A stretch of DNA of 64,000 nt. Source: Porcipelethomonas sp. Lineage in GTDB: Bacteria; Bacillota; Clostridia; Oscillospirales; Ruminococcaceae. A program made the translations under genes and the position numbers. The first letter of the stretch is position 1. Every line of letters starts with the position of its first letter. The notes under the pieces were generated by a model that did no database searches, was not told the origin of the DNA, and saw nothing but the letters and a program-made list of their open reading frames with translations. Shown here piece by piece: positions 10,066 to 19,553 of the stretch. Location of the stretch: NCBI GenBank assembly GCA_051881915.1, contig JBJEQV010000022.1:1338-65337 (forward strand), read 5' to 3'.

Positions 10066-11078
10066 ACCCTTATCACCTCAAATCCTGCCGCCCTCAGAAG
10101 GCGATTATATACCGCAAGTCCTACTCCGTCCTTTGACGGAGCTCTGACAAGCACCACTTCAGCGTTCATTTCATCAGCTTCTCTGAGCCTTGAAAAGACA
10201 TGATGCGCCTGTTCGCTGCTGCTGCTTCCGTAGGTCATGTACCTGCACGGCAGCTTTTCTGTATCATCACCGTCAAAAACAAGACAGTATGTTTTTTTAC
10301 CGCGGTATTTTTCCGCTGCTTTGCAGAAAGCGTCAAAATCCCCTTCTACCATGATAACCTTTGCCTTCGGAGAATAATGTTTGTATTTCATTCCCGGAGA
10401 AGGCGCAGCTCTGCCTCGCTGAAGATCACTTAGTATCGCTTCGTCAATCAAAACATTATCAGCTGCTTCCTCAAGCATACGCTTTGTGACCGAGCCCGGT
10501 CTTAAAATCCTTACTGTTTTCTCGTCATCAAAGGAAATAACTGTGGATTCCACTCCGAAACGGCTTTCTCCTCCATCGATAACAGCTGGTATTATGCCGT
10601 TCATATCCCGCATGACATGCTGCGCAGAAGTCGGACTCGGATACCCTGACCGGTTAGCAGACGGCGCTGCAATAGGTCCTGCAAGCCGGATGATCTTTCT
10701 CATAATGTCATGAGAAGGCATTCTTATCCCCACAGTTTCAAGTCCCCCGGATGTTTCATCGGGAACAATACTCCTTTTCGGAACTATCATTGTCAGCGGA
10801 CCGGGCCAGAATTTTTCCGCCAGTCTGTAAAACAGGTCAGGAATATGGTGAGCAAGCCTTTGCGCAGTTTCAATATCATATATATGCACAATAAGCGGAT
10901 TATCACACGGACGTCCCTTAGCTGCAAAGATTTTTTTCACTGCCTCAGGGTCAAGCGCATCAGCACCCAGACCATACACAGTTTCCGTTGGTATTCCAAC
11001 GGTTTTTCCCTGTTTAATAAGCTCTGCGGCATATTTGATATCTTCATCAGACGCCGTGAGCAGCACGGTATTTTCCAT
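10062..11078 (-). CDS. sua5: L-threonylcarbamoyladenylate synthase (Sua5 type)
   Basis: PTETVYGLG, KGRPCDNPLIVH, APSANRSG, SPGMKYKHYSP, C-terminal Sua5 domain. Confidence 0.95.
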   Translation of the reverse strand: MENTVLLTASDEDIKYAAELIKQGKTVGIPTETVYGLGADALDPEAVKKIFAAKGRPCDNPLIVHIYDIETAQRLAHHIPDLFYRLAEKFWPGPLTMIVPKRSIVPDETSGGLETVGIRMPSHDIMRKIIRLAGPIAAPSANRSGYPSPTSAQHVMRDMNGIIPAVIDGGESRFGVESTVISFDDEKTVRILRPGSVTKRMLEEAADNVLIDEAILSDLQRGRAAPSPGMKYKHYSPKAKVIMVEGDFDAFCKAAEKYRGKKTYCLVFDGDDTEKLPCRYMTYGSSSSEQAHHVFSRLREADEMNAEVVLVRAPSKDGVGLAVYNRLLRAAGFEVIRV

Positions 11079-11079
11079 T

Positions 11080-12156
11080 TTACTGATTCTGCTGCATAGC
11101 AAGCTTTGCCGCCTGGTCGGCTGTGGCAAGAGCGTCCAGCACTTCCTCCAAATTTCCGTTTAATATTTCCTCAAGCCTGTAAAGCGTAAGACCTATTCTG
11201 TGGTCTGTAAGGCGTCCCTGAGGATAATTATATGTTCTGATTCTTTCGGAACGGTCTCCTGTTCCCACCTGCATTCTTCTCTCGGACGCGATCTTGTCGT
11301 TTTGCTCCGAAACCATTTTTTCATAAAGACGCGAACGCAGGATCTTCATTGCTTTTTCCTTGTTTTTATACTGGCTTCGTTCATCCTGACATTCAACTAC
11401 CATTCCTGTCGGCAGATGAGTGATTCTTACTGCCGATTCCGTTTTATTGATATGCTGTCCGCCTGCGCCGCTTGCCCTGAAAACATCAATTTTCAGATCT
11501 GTGGGATTTATGTCGATTTCGACCTCATCCGCCTCAACAAGCACGGCTACCGTTACAGTTGAAGTATGAATCCTGCCCTGTGATTCCGTTTCCGGCACAC
11601 GCTGAACGCGATGCACTCCGCTTTCGTATTTGAGACGTGAATATGCGCCCTCGCCCTCCACAGAAAAGCTTATTTCCTTATATCCCCCAAGCTCTGTCTG
11701 ATTGGCGCTGAGCACCTCCTGCTTCCAGCCTCGGCTTTCGGCATACATGGTATACATTCTGTAAAGAGAATTTGCAAAAAGCGCCGCTTCTTCGCCTCCT
11801 GCGCCTCCTCTTATTTCAATAATAACATTCTTGTCATCATCAGGATCCTTCGGAAGCAGCAGAATTTTCAGCTCCTCCAGCAGTTTTTCCATCTGTTCCT
11901 TTGAATCTCTGAATTCCAGCTGCACCATTTCCTTGAAATCCTTTTCAAGACCTCCTGCATCCAGCATTTCCTTTGCCTCGCTGAAATTCCTTTCAGCCCC
12001 GAGGTACTCTCTGTATTTCTCAACGATCGGAGTCAGATTCTTGAATTCCTTCATAAGCTCCGTAAACTTCTTCTGATCATCGGCAATTCCCGGCTCCGAA
12101 AGCTTGTTGCTGAGCTCATTATATCTCTGTTCCATCAGCCTTACTTTTTCAATCAT
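11080..12156 (-). CDS. prfA: Peptide chain release factor 1
   Basis: [12 protein letters not shown] (PxT motif), [15 protein letters not shown]. Confidence 0.97.
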   Translation of the reverse strand: MIEKVRLMEQRYNELSNKLSEPGIADDQKKFTELMKEFKNLTPIVEKYREYLGAERNFSEAKEMLDAGGLEKDFKEMVQLEFRDSKEQMEKLLEELKILLLPKDPDDDKNVIIEIRGGAGGEEAALFANSLYRMYTMYAESRGWKQEVLSANQTELGGYKEISFSVEGEGAYSRLKYESGVHRVQRVPETESQGRIHTSTVTVAVLVEADEVEIDINPTDLKIDVFRASGAGGQHINKTESAVRITHLPTGMVVECQDERSQYKNKEKAMKILRSRLYEKMVSEQNDKIASERRMQVGTGDRSERIRTYNYPQGRLTDHRIGLTLYRLEEILNGNLEEVLDALATADQAAKLAMQQNQ

Positions 12157-12189
12157 TTTATTTCCACCTTAAAGCAGCTACATAATATA

Positions 12190-12375
12190 TCATTCCGATA
12201 TACGGATAACTTTTTTTATATTTTTTTCTATTTTATTTCTCGGCACCATAAATTCCCGTGAACATTTAACACATCTGAGCCTGAAGTCCATGCCGGACCT
12301 TTTCACAAGCATTTCGTTTCCTCCGCATGGATGAGGCTTTTTCATAATAAGTATATCATCAGGTCTGACATCCAT
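12190..12375 (-). CDS. DUF951-family small protein
   Basis: MKKPHPCGG..R.GMDFRLRCVKC motif; GGGG RBS. Confidence 0.85.
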   Translation of the reverse strand: MDVRPDDILIMKKPHPCGGNEMLVKRSGMDFRLRCVKCSREFMVPRNKIEKNIKKVIRISE

Positions 12376-12517
12376 TACGAATCCCCTTATTCAATATTTT
12401 CAACTCGTAAAATCGAATCACTTTCTATTATACCCTATTTTTTAAATATAGGCAATATTTTCTTTAAATATTTTCGTTTTTTTATAGAAAAATAATAAAA
12501 AAGCAAAGGAGATTTTT

Positions 12518-12901
12518 ATGTTTTCAAGAATTTCATGTGAATTCGAGATGGTTGAATTTGCAGAAGCCGCATCAAAACGCATAAAAGAAACGGTAAGCGG
12601 CCCAAAAAAGATCCGTATAAGATATAACAGAAACAAATTCAGCGCACTTTCTGACGGAGCAGCTGCCCAAACCCACGGTGAAATGTTCGTTCTGCTTCCG
12701 ACAGCAGTCACAAGCTATAATTATATAACAGGACAGATAACACGTCCGCTGGACAGCTCACAGTACAAAGAACCTGTACTGACCCAATCAGTCATCCTTG
12801 AGATAACGTTTGAAACCGCGCAGTCAGACACAGTAAGACAGATTCTTGTTTCATCAGGCGGATATGATATAAGTCCCTGTAAAAATGCAGATTTAAGGTA
12901 A
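12518..12901 (+). CDS. Hypothetical protein (127 aa)
   Basis: Strong AAGGAG RBS, AT-rich upstream region, downstream hairpin near 12974-12990; no family recognised. Confidence 0.65.
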   Translation: MFSRISCEFEMVEFAEAASKRIKETVSGPKKIRIRYNRNKFSALSDGAAAQTHGEMFVLLPTAVTSYNYITGQITRPLDSSQYKEPVLTQSVILEITFETAQSDTVRQILVSSGGYDISPCKNADLR

Positions 12902-13034
12902 TATAAATTTTCTTTCCTGCATAGTATTTTACAGAAAGCTTTCAGACCATTGACGCACACAGATGTCTGAAAACCTCCCTTTCCGGGAGGCTGTAAAATA
13001 AACAGATTCATAAGAATCGGAAAGGCAAGGAAAA

Positions 13035-13955
13035 ATGAAAAAATACAGACCCGAAGGCAGCCTGATAAACACCGAAGAAAACAGGAGACTTACCGCAACC
13101 TCAGCAGGTCTCTATGAGGCCATGGCTTCGGAAGCAATACTTGAAGGACGTGTTTCCGTATGCGACAGCGGTCACAATTTAATAGTCGATCTTCCGGCAA
13201 TGAAAGGTATCATCCCGCGCATTGAAGGCGCCGCAGGTATTGAAAACGGCTCCACACGGGATATTGCTCTGATCTCAAAGGTCAACAAAGCTGTATGCTT
13301 TAAAGTTATAGCGATCAATAAAAACAGCAGCGGTGAAGAAACAGCAGTTCTTTCAAGGCGGGCTGTGCAGGAGGAGTGCTTTGACAAACACATAAGCAGA
13401 CTTGTATCAGGGGATATTATCCCTGCAAAGGTCACGCATCTTGAACAGTTCGGATGCTTTGTTGATGTAGGATGCGGAATCCCGTCGCTCATTCCCATTG
13501 ATGCAGTATCGGTCTCAAGAATCTCTCACCCCTCCGACCGTTTTTCTCAGGGGCAGGACATAAAGGTTATAGTAAAGGGCATTGAAAACGGAAGAATAAT
13601 GCTCTCTCATAAAGAGCTTCTCGGAACATGGGAGGAAAACGCCGCACTGTTCCGCACAGGAGAAACAGTTTCAGGAATTGTCCGCTCCATTGAGGATTAC
13701 GGTATCTTTATAGAGCTTGCACCAAATCTTGCAGGACTTGCAGAGCCGCGTGCCGATGCCGCCGTAGGACAGCATGCAAGCGTCTACATAAAAGCGATCA
13801 TCCCGGAAAAAATGAAGATCAAACTTATTATAGTTGACACATTCAATGCTGATTACTCAAAAAACGAACTCAATTACTTTGTGAATGATAACCACATCTC
13901 GCACTGGGTCTACACCCCTGACGGTTCCTCAAAACTTATTGAAACAAAATTCTGA
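13035..13955 (+). CDS. S1 RNA-binding domain protein (three S1 repeats)
   Basis: KVTHLEQFGCFVDVG and IVRSIEDYGIFIEL S1 motifs. Confidence 0.85.
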   Translation: MKKYRPEGSLINTEENRRLTATSAGLYEAMASEAILEGRVSVCDSGHNLIVDLPAMKGIIPRIEGAAGIENGSTRDIALISKVNKAVCFKVIAINKNSSGEETAVLSRRAVQEECFDKHISRLVSGDIIPAKVTHLEQFGCFVDVGCGIPSLIPIDAVSVSRISHPSDRFSQGQDIKVIVKGIENGRIMLSHKELLGTWEENAALFRTGETVSGIVRSIEDYGIFIELAPNLAGLAEPRADAAVGQHASVYIKAIIPEKMKIKLIIVDTFNADYSKNELNYFVNDNHISHWVYTPDGSSKLIETKF

Positions 13956-13959
13956 AAAC

Positions 13960-13992
13960 AACAGCCGGAGAAAATTAATTTCTCCGGCTGTT
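13960..13992. terminator. Bidirectional terminator between convergent genes
   Basis: AACAGCCGGAGAAA/TTTCTCCGGCTGTT inverted repeat. Confidence 0.75.
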
Positions 13993-13997
13993 CTGAA

Positions 13998-14333
13998 TTA
14001 TTTATCATTCTTCCGCCTTGTCTTTCGGACTTTACGTTCCGGAAGCTCATCATACATCGTTTCAAACAGCTTTTTCAGAAACTCCCTGCTTTCCACATTC
14101 TGAACAAGCAGCATTTCCTTTGCTCCCTCGTAAGGCTTTTCCATGGGTGCATCCGGCATAAGCTTTTTCGCAGCTTCAACAGGCTTCACAAGAAATCTGT
14201 CATCACATATGCCGCCTGCTATTTTGCCGCGATAGTATATGATATATTCGCCCATCATTGCCCTGTATTCTATTTCGCTCAGCTCAGACAGCTGCTCCAT
14301 GATGTACATCAGATATTCTTTTCCCGAAGCCAT
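13998..14333 (-). CDS. TfoX/Sxy N-terminal domain protein
   Basis: YRAMMGEYIIYYRGKIAGGICDDRFLVK, PYEGAKEM. Confidence 0.85.
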   Translation of the reverse strand: MASGKEYLMYIMEQLSELSEIEYRAMMGEYIIYYRGKIAGGICDDRFLVKPVEAAKKLMPDAPMEKPYEGAKEMLLVQNVESREFLKKLFETMYDELPERKVRKTRRKNDK

Positions 14334-14377
14334 ATTTTCACCTCTGTATGGGATCACAGCACCCTGTGATGATAATC

Positions 14378-16669
14378 TTACATATATTCCACTTTAATTT
14401 CGCCGTCTTCAGCAGTTACGCCGATTCCTGCAATGCTTCCGGAATGCTCGATTATAATATCAGCGATCCTGTCTTCAACCTCTTTGCGGATAACACGTCT
14501 TATATCTCTTGCGCCGTAAGTCTTTCCGAATGATTTCTCAGCAACCGCTTCAAGAGCCTTTTCATCATAATTAAGAATAATGTTCTTTTCGGAAAGCGGT
14601 TCTTTCATTTCATCAAGCATAAGTCCGGCAATTTTAGCAAAATCAGTTTTTTCAAGAGGCCTGAACACAACGACCTCATCAATTCTGCTTAAAAATTCAG
14701 GACGCAGAAATTCTCTGAGAGCTTTCATTGCCTTTTCCTTTGAGATATCCTCAACGGATTTGTTAAAGCCTACTCCCGTTGATTTGTCCATGGAGCCTGC
14801 ATTTGATGTCATGGCAATTATAGTATGTTCAAAATTTACTGTTCTTCCCTGCGCATCATTGATCTTACCCTCATCAAGAATCTGAAGGAGAATATTCATG
14901 ACATCCGGATGTGCCTTTTCAATTTCATCAAACAGAACTACCGAATACGGGTGTCTGCGCACCTTTTCAGTAAGCTGTCCCGCTTCATCGTAGCCCACAT
15001 ATCCCGGAGGAGAACCTATCATTCTTGCAACGGAATGCTTCTCCATATACTCTGTCATGTCAAGTCTGATAAGAGGGTCAGCTGAATCAAAAAGCTCCTG
15101 TGAAAGAACCTTTACAAGCTCTGTTTTTCCCACGCCTGTGGGACCTACAAATATAAAGGATGCCGGACGGATACGCTTTGAAAGCTGAACCCTTGTGCGC
15201 TTTATCGCTCCTGCAAGAAGACTTACAGCCTCATCCTGTCCCACGATATGCTTTTTCAGATTTTCCTCAAGAGAAGAAATCCTTGAAAATTCCGATTCTG
15301 CGATCTTATTGGACGGTATACCGGTCCACAGCTCGATTACCTTCGCTATATCATTTTCCGTTACCTGAACATTGGAAATAACCTTTTCAAGCTCCTCCAT
15401 TTCAGATTTTACACGGATTATATCGCCCTTCACCTCAGCAAGAGCCTTATAGTCCGGCTCGCTCTGCTCTTCGATGGATTTTTCCATATCAGTCAGCACC
15501 TTGAGTTTCTTTGACGCCTTGTCATACTCAGCCAGTTCGGGAGTTCTGATACAGGTGCAGGCACAGCTTTCATCAAGCAGGTCAATGGCCTTATCGGGAA
15601 GAAATCTGTCCTGAATATATCTTTCAGACAAAACAGCGCAGGTTCTGACAAGCTCGTCGCTTATCCTTACTCTGTGGAATGCTTCATAGTATTTCTTTAT
15701 TCCCATAAGCACTTCAACTGTATCATCTATTGTCGGTTCATTTACCGTAACCGGCTGGAATCTTCTTTCGAGTGCTGAATCTTTTTCAATATATTTTCTG
15801 TATTCAGAAAACGTTGTGGCACCGATGACCTGTACCTCGCCCCTTGAAAGCGCGGGCTTGAGAATATTTGCCGCATTCATTGAGCCCTCGGAATCCCCGG
15901 TCCCTACGAGATTATGTACCTCGTCAATAAAGAGAATAATATTCCCCTCTGACTTAACCTCGGAAACAAGCCCCTTTACCCTGCTTTCAAACTGTCCTCT
16001 GAACTGCGTTCCGGCAACAAGAGCGGTAAGGTCAAGAAGATATACTTTTTTGTCAACAAGATTGAAAGGGATATTACCCGATGCGATCCTCTGTGCGATA
16101 CCCTCCGCAATAGCTGTTTTACCGACACCCGGCTCACCGATAAGACACGGATTGTTTTTCTGTCTGCGTGAAAGAATCTGAACAACTCTTGATATTTCCT
16201 TATCCCTGCCTATAATATTGTCAAGCTCGCCGTTCTCGGCTTTTTTGCTCAGATTAGTACAGTAGTTGTCAAGGAATTTAAGCTCCTTCTTTTTCTTGCG
16301 CTTTTCCCTGTCACCTTTGGCGCTGCCCTTTGACTCCTTTCTTTTTTCGGCAGGAGGTTCGTTTTCATCAGAGTTCTTTGCAGAAAAACCTCCGAGATGG
16401 CCGTCAAGAAGATTCTGTATATAAGGAGGAAGCGTTCCGGCACCGCCCATCTCAAAGCTGTCGCCGTCAAAAAGCTCCATCATCTGATCGGACATCTGTT
16501 CCAGATCATCATCCGTAATTCCCAGCTGCTCCATATAATCAGATACCTGCGGAATGTTCATCTCCTTTGCACACATAAGGCAAAGTCCCTCATTTTTCTT
16601 TTCATTGCCATGCATCGAAGTTATAAAAACAACTGCTGGTCTTTTTTTGCATCTGCTGCATAAAACCAT
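14378..16669 (-). CDS. ATP-dependent Clp protease ATP-binding subunit (ClpE/ClpC type)
   Basis: N-terminal CxxC...CxxC; two AAA domains (GEPGVGKT, GPTGVGKT); VGF ClpP-docking motif. Confidence 0.92.
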   Translation of the reverse strand: MVLCSRCKKRPAVVFITSMHGNEKKNEGLCLMCAKEMNIPQVSDYMEQLGITDDDLEQMSDQMMELFDGDSFEMGGAGTLPPYIQNLLDGHLGGFSAKNSDENEPPAEKRKESKGSAKGDREKRKKKKELKFLDNYCTNLSKKAENGELDNIIGRDKEISRVVQILSRRQKNNPCLIGEPGVGKTAIAEGIAQRIASGNIPFNLVDKKVYLLDLTALVAGTQFRGQFESRVKGLVSEVKSEGNIILFIDEVHNLVGTGDSEGSMNAANILKPALSRGEVQVIGATTFSEYRKYIEKDSALERRFQPVTVNEPTIDDTVEVLMGIKKYYEAFHRVRISDELVRTCAVLSERYIQDRFLPDKAIDLLDESCACTCIRTPELAEYDKASKKLKVLTDMEKSIEEQSEPDYKALAEVKGDIIRVKSEMEELEKVISNVQVTENDIAKVIELWTGIPSNKIAESEFSRISSLEENLKKHIVGQDEAVSLLAGAIKRTRVQLSKRIRPASFIFVGPTGVGKTELVKVLSQELFDSADPLIRLDMTEYMEKHSVARMIGSPPGYVGYDEAGQLTEKVRRHPYSVVLFDEIEKAHPDVMNILLQILDEGKINDAQGRTVNFEHTIIAMTSNAGSMDKSTGVGFNKSVEDISKEKAMKALREFLRPEFLSRIDEVVVFRPLEKTDFAKIAGLMLDEMKEPLSEKNIILNYDEKALEAVAEKSFGKTYGARDIRRVIRKEVEDRIADIIIEHSGSIAGIGVTAEDGEIKVEYM

Positions 16670-16726
16670 AAATAATTCACCCTCGCTCCCAAAGGAAGAG
16701 GAGCTCCTTTCATTTTAATTCCCTTG

Positions 16727-17608
16727 TCAGACTTTACTGAAAAAATGTCTGAATATAAATGTTTTGTCAACAGTTTCACAGCTCAGGAATGAACCGTCAT
16801 TTTCTGCCACATCAATCATTATTTTAACAACAACAGCAAAAACAAGCATTGCTGCCGCCGCCTTTATAATTCCCAGAACGCCTCCGAAAAACTTATCGAG
16901 CCTGTCATATCCGTTGAGCAGTCCGAAAGACGATGTTTTAACCGATACAAATCCGATTATCGCCATAAAGATAAAGAAAAATATAAGAAACATGAAGACC
17001 TGAGAAAGCTTTTCTCCCGGCTCTCTTATGAAATTTTCCTCCACAAATCCGGGCATTTTATCGGGGTCGGTAAGGATCAGGCTGAGTGTTTCCTCAAAAA
17101 GCTCCGGATCGCTGCTGATCCTGTCATTGATTTCACCGGTAACATAAGGAGGAAGCTTTATCCCTATCTGATCTCCGAATTTCCCGGCAAATCCGCTTGT
17201 CATAAGTTCGGAAAAGCTGTCATAATCATCAACCGTATCCCCGGCCGCATTATTCGCATAATTATAAAGCCCGCCGATCCCGTCTCCTGATATTATAACA
17301 TCCTTTATCCGGCTTTCATCTACCAGTGCGCCGTATCCCTGATCCTCAATAATCTCCTTTACAGCACCTGACGGGTCGTATTCATCCATTGCCTCCCTGA
17401 CCGCATTAATACTTGTTTCCTTTATAAATTTCTCGTAAACAAATCCTGCTGTATGCCTGCTTATTGCCAATGCCAGCACAACAGATACAACACAGCCGAT
17501 AACCGATACGATTATTTTTGAGAATCCTTTTTTTGCACTCATATAAATGCAGAAAATGATAATTGCCGCTGACAAAATATCATATATCCACCAGAATTGT
17601 TCTCCCAT
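16727..17608 (-). CDS. CvpA-like membrane protein
   Basis: N-terminal D....I...SAKKGF and C-terminal LDKFFGGVLGIIK CvpA signatures around a soluble insert. Confidence 0.7.
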   Translation of the reverse strand: MGEQFWWIYDILSAAIIIFCIYMSAKKGFSKIIVSVIGCVVSVVLALAISRHTAGFVYEKFIKETSINAVREAMDEYDPSGAVKEIIEDQGYGALVDESRIKDVIISGDGIGGLYNYANNAAGDTVDDYDSFSELMTSGFAGKFGDQIGIKLPPYVTGEINDRISSDPELFEETLSLILTDPDKMPGFVEENFIREPGEKLSQVFMFLIFFFIFMAIIGFVSVKTSSFGLLNGYDRLDKFFGGVLGIIKAAAAMLVFAVVVKIMIDVAENDGSFLSCETVDKTFIFRHFFSKV

Positions 17609-17627
17609 CCTTCACACAGCTCCGTTT

Positions 17628-18806
17628 CTACTCATAATCTGTTCTGTCGATCCTGTCATACCCTAAAAGGAAAATATAATCATCAATAAATATGAATTTA
17701 TCATATGATCCTTCAGGACTTATGTTTTTCTCTCCGCCGCCTGTGAAATTATATCTTGTAATGCCATCCTTGTTCAGAACGCATATTTTATCGTCAATGA
17801 TCCTTACGCATCTGACGCTGTTTTCCGGAAACTCTATTACCGACGGCTTCATTTTTTCTCCGTCGATCGACGTGATATAGCTGTGTCTTTTTGACTTGTT
17901 CTCAAACAGCATTACAGCCTTGTCTTCCGAAAAATCCCAGTCGGTAATATTGCTCGGGTATTCATAGGTATATGCCATCTGCCCCTTACTGTCATAATAT
18001 GCGCATTTCGTATCTCCGATTACAAACACATTTTTTTCGCCGTAAAAAACCTTGAGGCAAAAAGTGTCAATATATTCCGAAACCCAGTTGTCTGTTTTTG
18101 AATCAAAAGAAACTGAGGTTATTTTTGAGCAGATAACACCATTGACAGCCTCGCAGGTAGCAATGACGCAGCCTTTCCCGTCGCTGCTGAAATCCAGGTC
18201 TGTAACACGTTCGACACAGTCACGGCTGTAGATTTCATTGCCGGTCTCATCAAAAACAGTGATCCTGCACAAGTAATTGTCAGAATTTGTGACAACAGCC
18301 GCCATTCCGCTTTCGCTTAGCCTTGCAAAGATTATGCTGTTATCGATCTTCTTGGTATATACTGTTTTAGATCTGCTTTCGATCCTGAATTTATTACCTC
18401 CGCTTTCGTAAACAAGCGCCTTTTTGCCTGCTGTCTGAAGCATCGCGTTTGCGTAGGCATGCTGACGTTCATCATACAGATCTCCGTCACTGTCGTATAT
18501 GTAAAGATATGCATCGCTTAAAATTGCAAGACAGTTATTTATTTCGCCGGTCTGATAGTCAATTCCTCCTGAAATGCTCAGAGGAAAATTTCCCTCTGCA
18601 AGATCGCTGCCGTTTGACTTTACGCTTTCAAACCTGCTTCCGATGCCCTCAAGCTTCGGATACCATTCATCACGCTTAGCATAAACAGTAACTGCTACTG
18701 CCGCAAGCAGCAGAAAAGCTGAAAATTTGACCAGTTTCCGGCGCCGGTTACGTCTTTTTCTAAGAAGAACAATATCTATATCCTTTACATTTTTATCCAT
18801 CTGCAT
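17628..18806 (-). CDS. Membrane-anchored beta-propeller-like protein (DUF5711-like)
   Basis: Basic N-terminus, one TM segment, repeated beta-strand blades. Confidence 0.6.
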   Translation of the reverse strand: MQMDKNVKDIDIVLLRKRRNRRRKLVKFSAFLLLAAVAVTVYAKRDEWYPKLEGIGSRFESVKSNGSDLAEGNFPLSISGGIDYQTGEINNCLAILSDAYLYIYDSDGDLYDERQHAYANAMLQTAGKKALVYESGGNKFRIESRSKTVYTKKIDNSIIFARLSESGMAAVVTNSDNYLCRITVFDETGNEIYSRDCVERVTDLDFSSDGKGCVIATCEAVNGVICSKITSVSFDSKTDNWVSEYIDTFCLKVFYGEKNVFVIGDTKCAYYDSKGQMAYTYEYPSNITDWDFSEDKAVMLFENKSKRHSYITSIDGEKMKPSVIEFPENSVRCVRIIDDKICVLNKDGITRYNFTGGGEKNISPEGSYDKFIFIDDYIFLLGYDRIDRTDYE

Positions 18807-18818
18807 CCGCCTTTTATC

Positions 18819-19553
18819 TCAGTAAAAAACTCTGTTAAGATACAGGCCGTGGGCTGCTGCCGTCCGTCCTGCAAGCTGTCTGTTTTTAGCCGCCATTATT
18901 TTTTCAATGTCATCCGCCTTTATGTACCCTTCATTTACGGAAAACAATGTTCCGACTATGATCCTAATCATATTATACAGAAAACCGTTCCCTTTTACAA
19001 GCATTTCAACACGATCCCCATTAATTTCTACGTTGAAATCATAAATTGTTCTTACAGTGTCTTGTTTTTCATTATAATTTGTACAAAAACTTGCAAAATC
19101 ATGAGTACCAACGAATTTAGCCGCCGCATATCTTACAAGCTCCGTATCAAAAGGCCGCCTGTAATGATATGAGAGATCCGTTTCAAACGGATTCTTGCTT
19201 TCGCTGCTGTGAATACGGTAAACATACTCTTTGCCCCTGCAGGAAAACCTTGCATGAAAATCAGCCGGTGCCTCTTCACACGAAAGAATGGAAATATCAT
19301 CAGGAAGAAGACCGTTTACCCCTCTGACAAAATTTTTCGGGGGAATGCTGCTTTCCGTCATGACCGAAAAACAATAATTATTGGCATGGACTCCCGTATC
19401 TGTTCTGGAACATCCGTTTATCACAGCCTTATGATTAAGCACCTTTGAAACATGCTTCTCCACCACTTCCTGCACTGTCAGTGCATTATCCTGACGCTGA
19501 AAGCCGTGATATGCAGTCCCGCGATATGCCATCATAACTTTAAGATTTCTCAT
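18819..19553 (-). CDS. truA: tRNA pseudouridine(38-40) synthase
   Basis: AYRGTAYHGFQRQ, SRTDTGVHA, FHARFS, GFLYNMIR. Confidence 0.96.
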   Translation of the reverse strand: MRNLKVMMAYRGTAYHGFQRQDNALTVQEVVEKHVSKVLNHKAVINGCSRTDTGVHANNYCFSVMTESSIPPKNFVRGVNGLLPDDISILSCEEAPADFHARFSCRGKEYVYRIHSSESKNPFETDLSYHYRRPFDTELVRYAAAKFVGTHDFASFCTNYNEKQDTVRTIYDFNVEINGDRVEMLVKGNGFLYNMIRIIVGTLFSVNEGYIKADDIEKIMAAKNRQLAGRTAAAHGLYLNRVFY

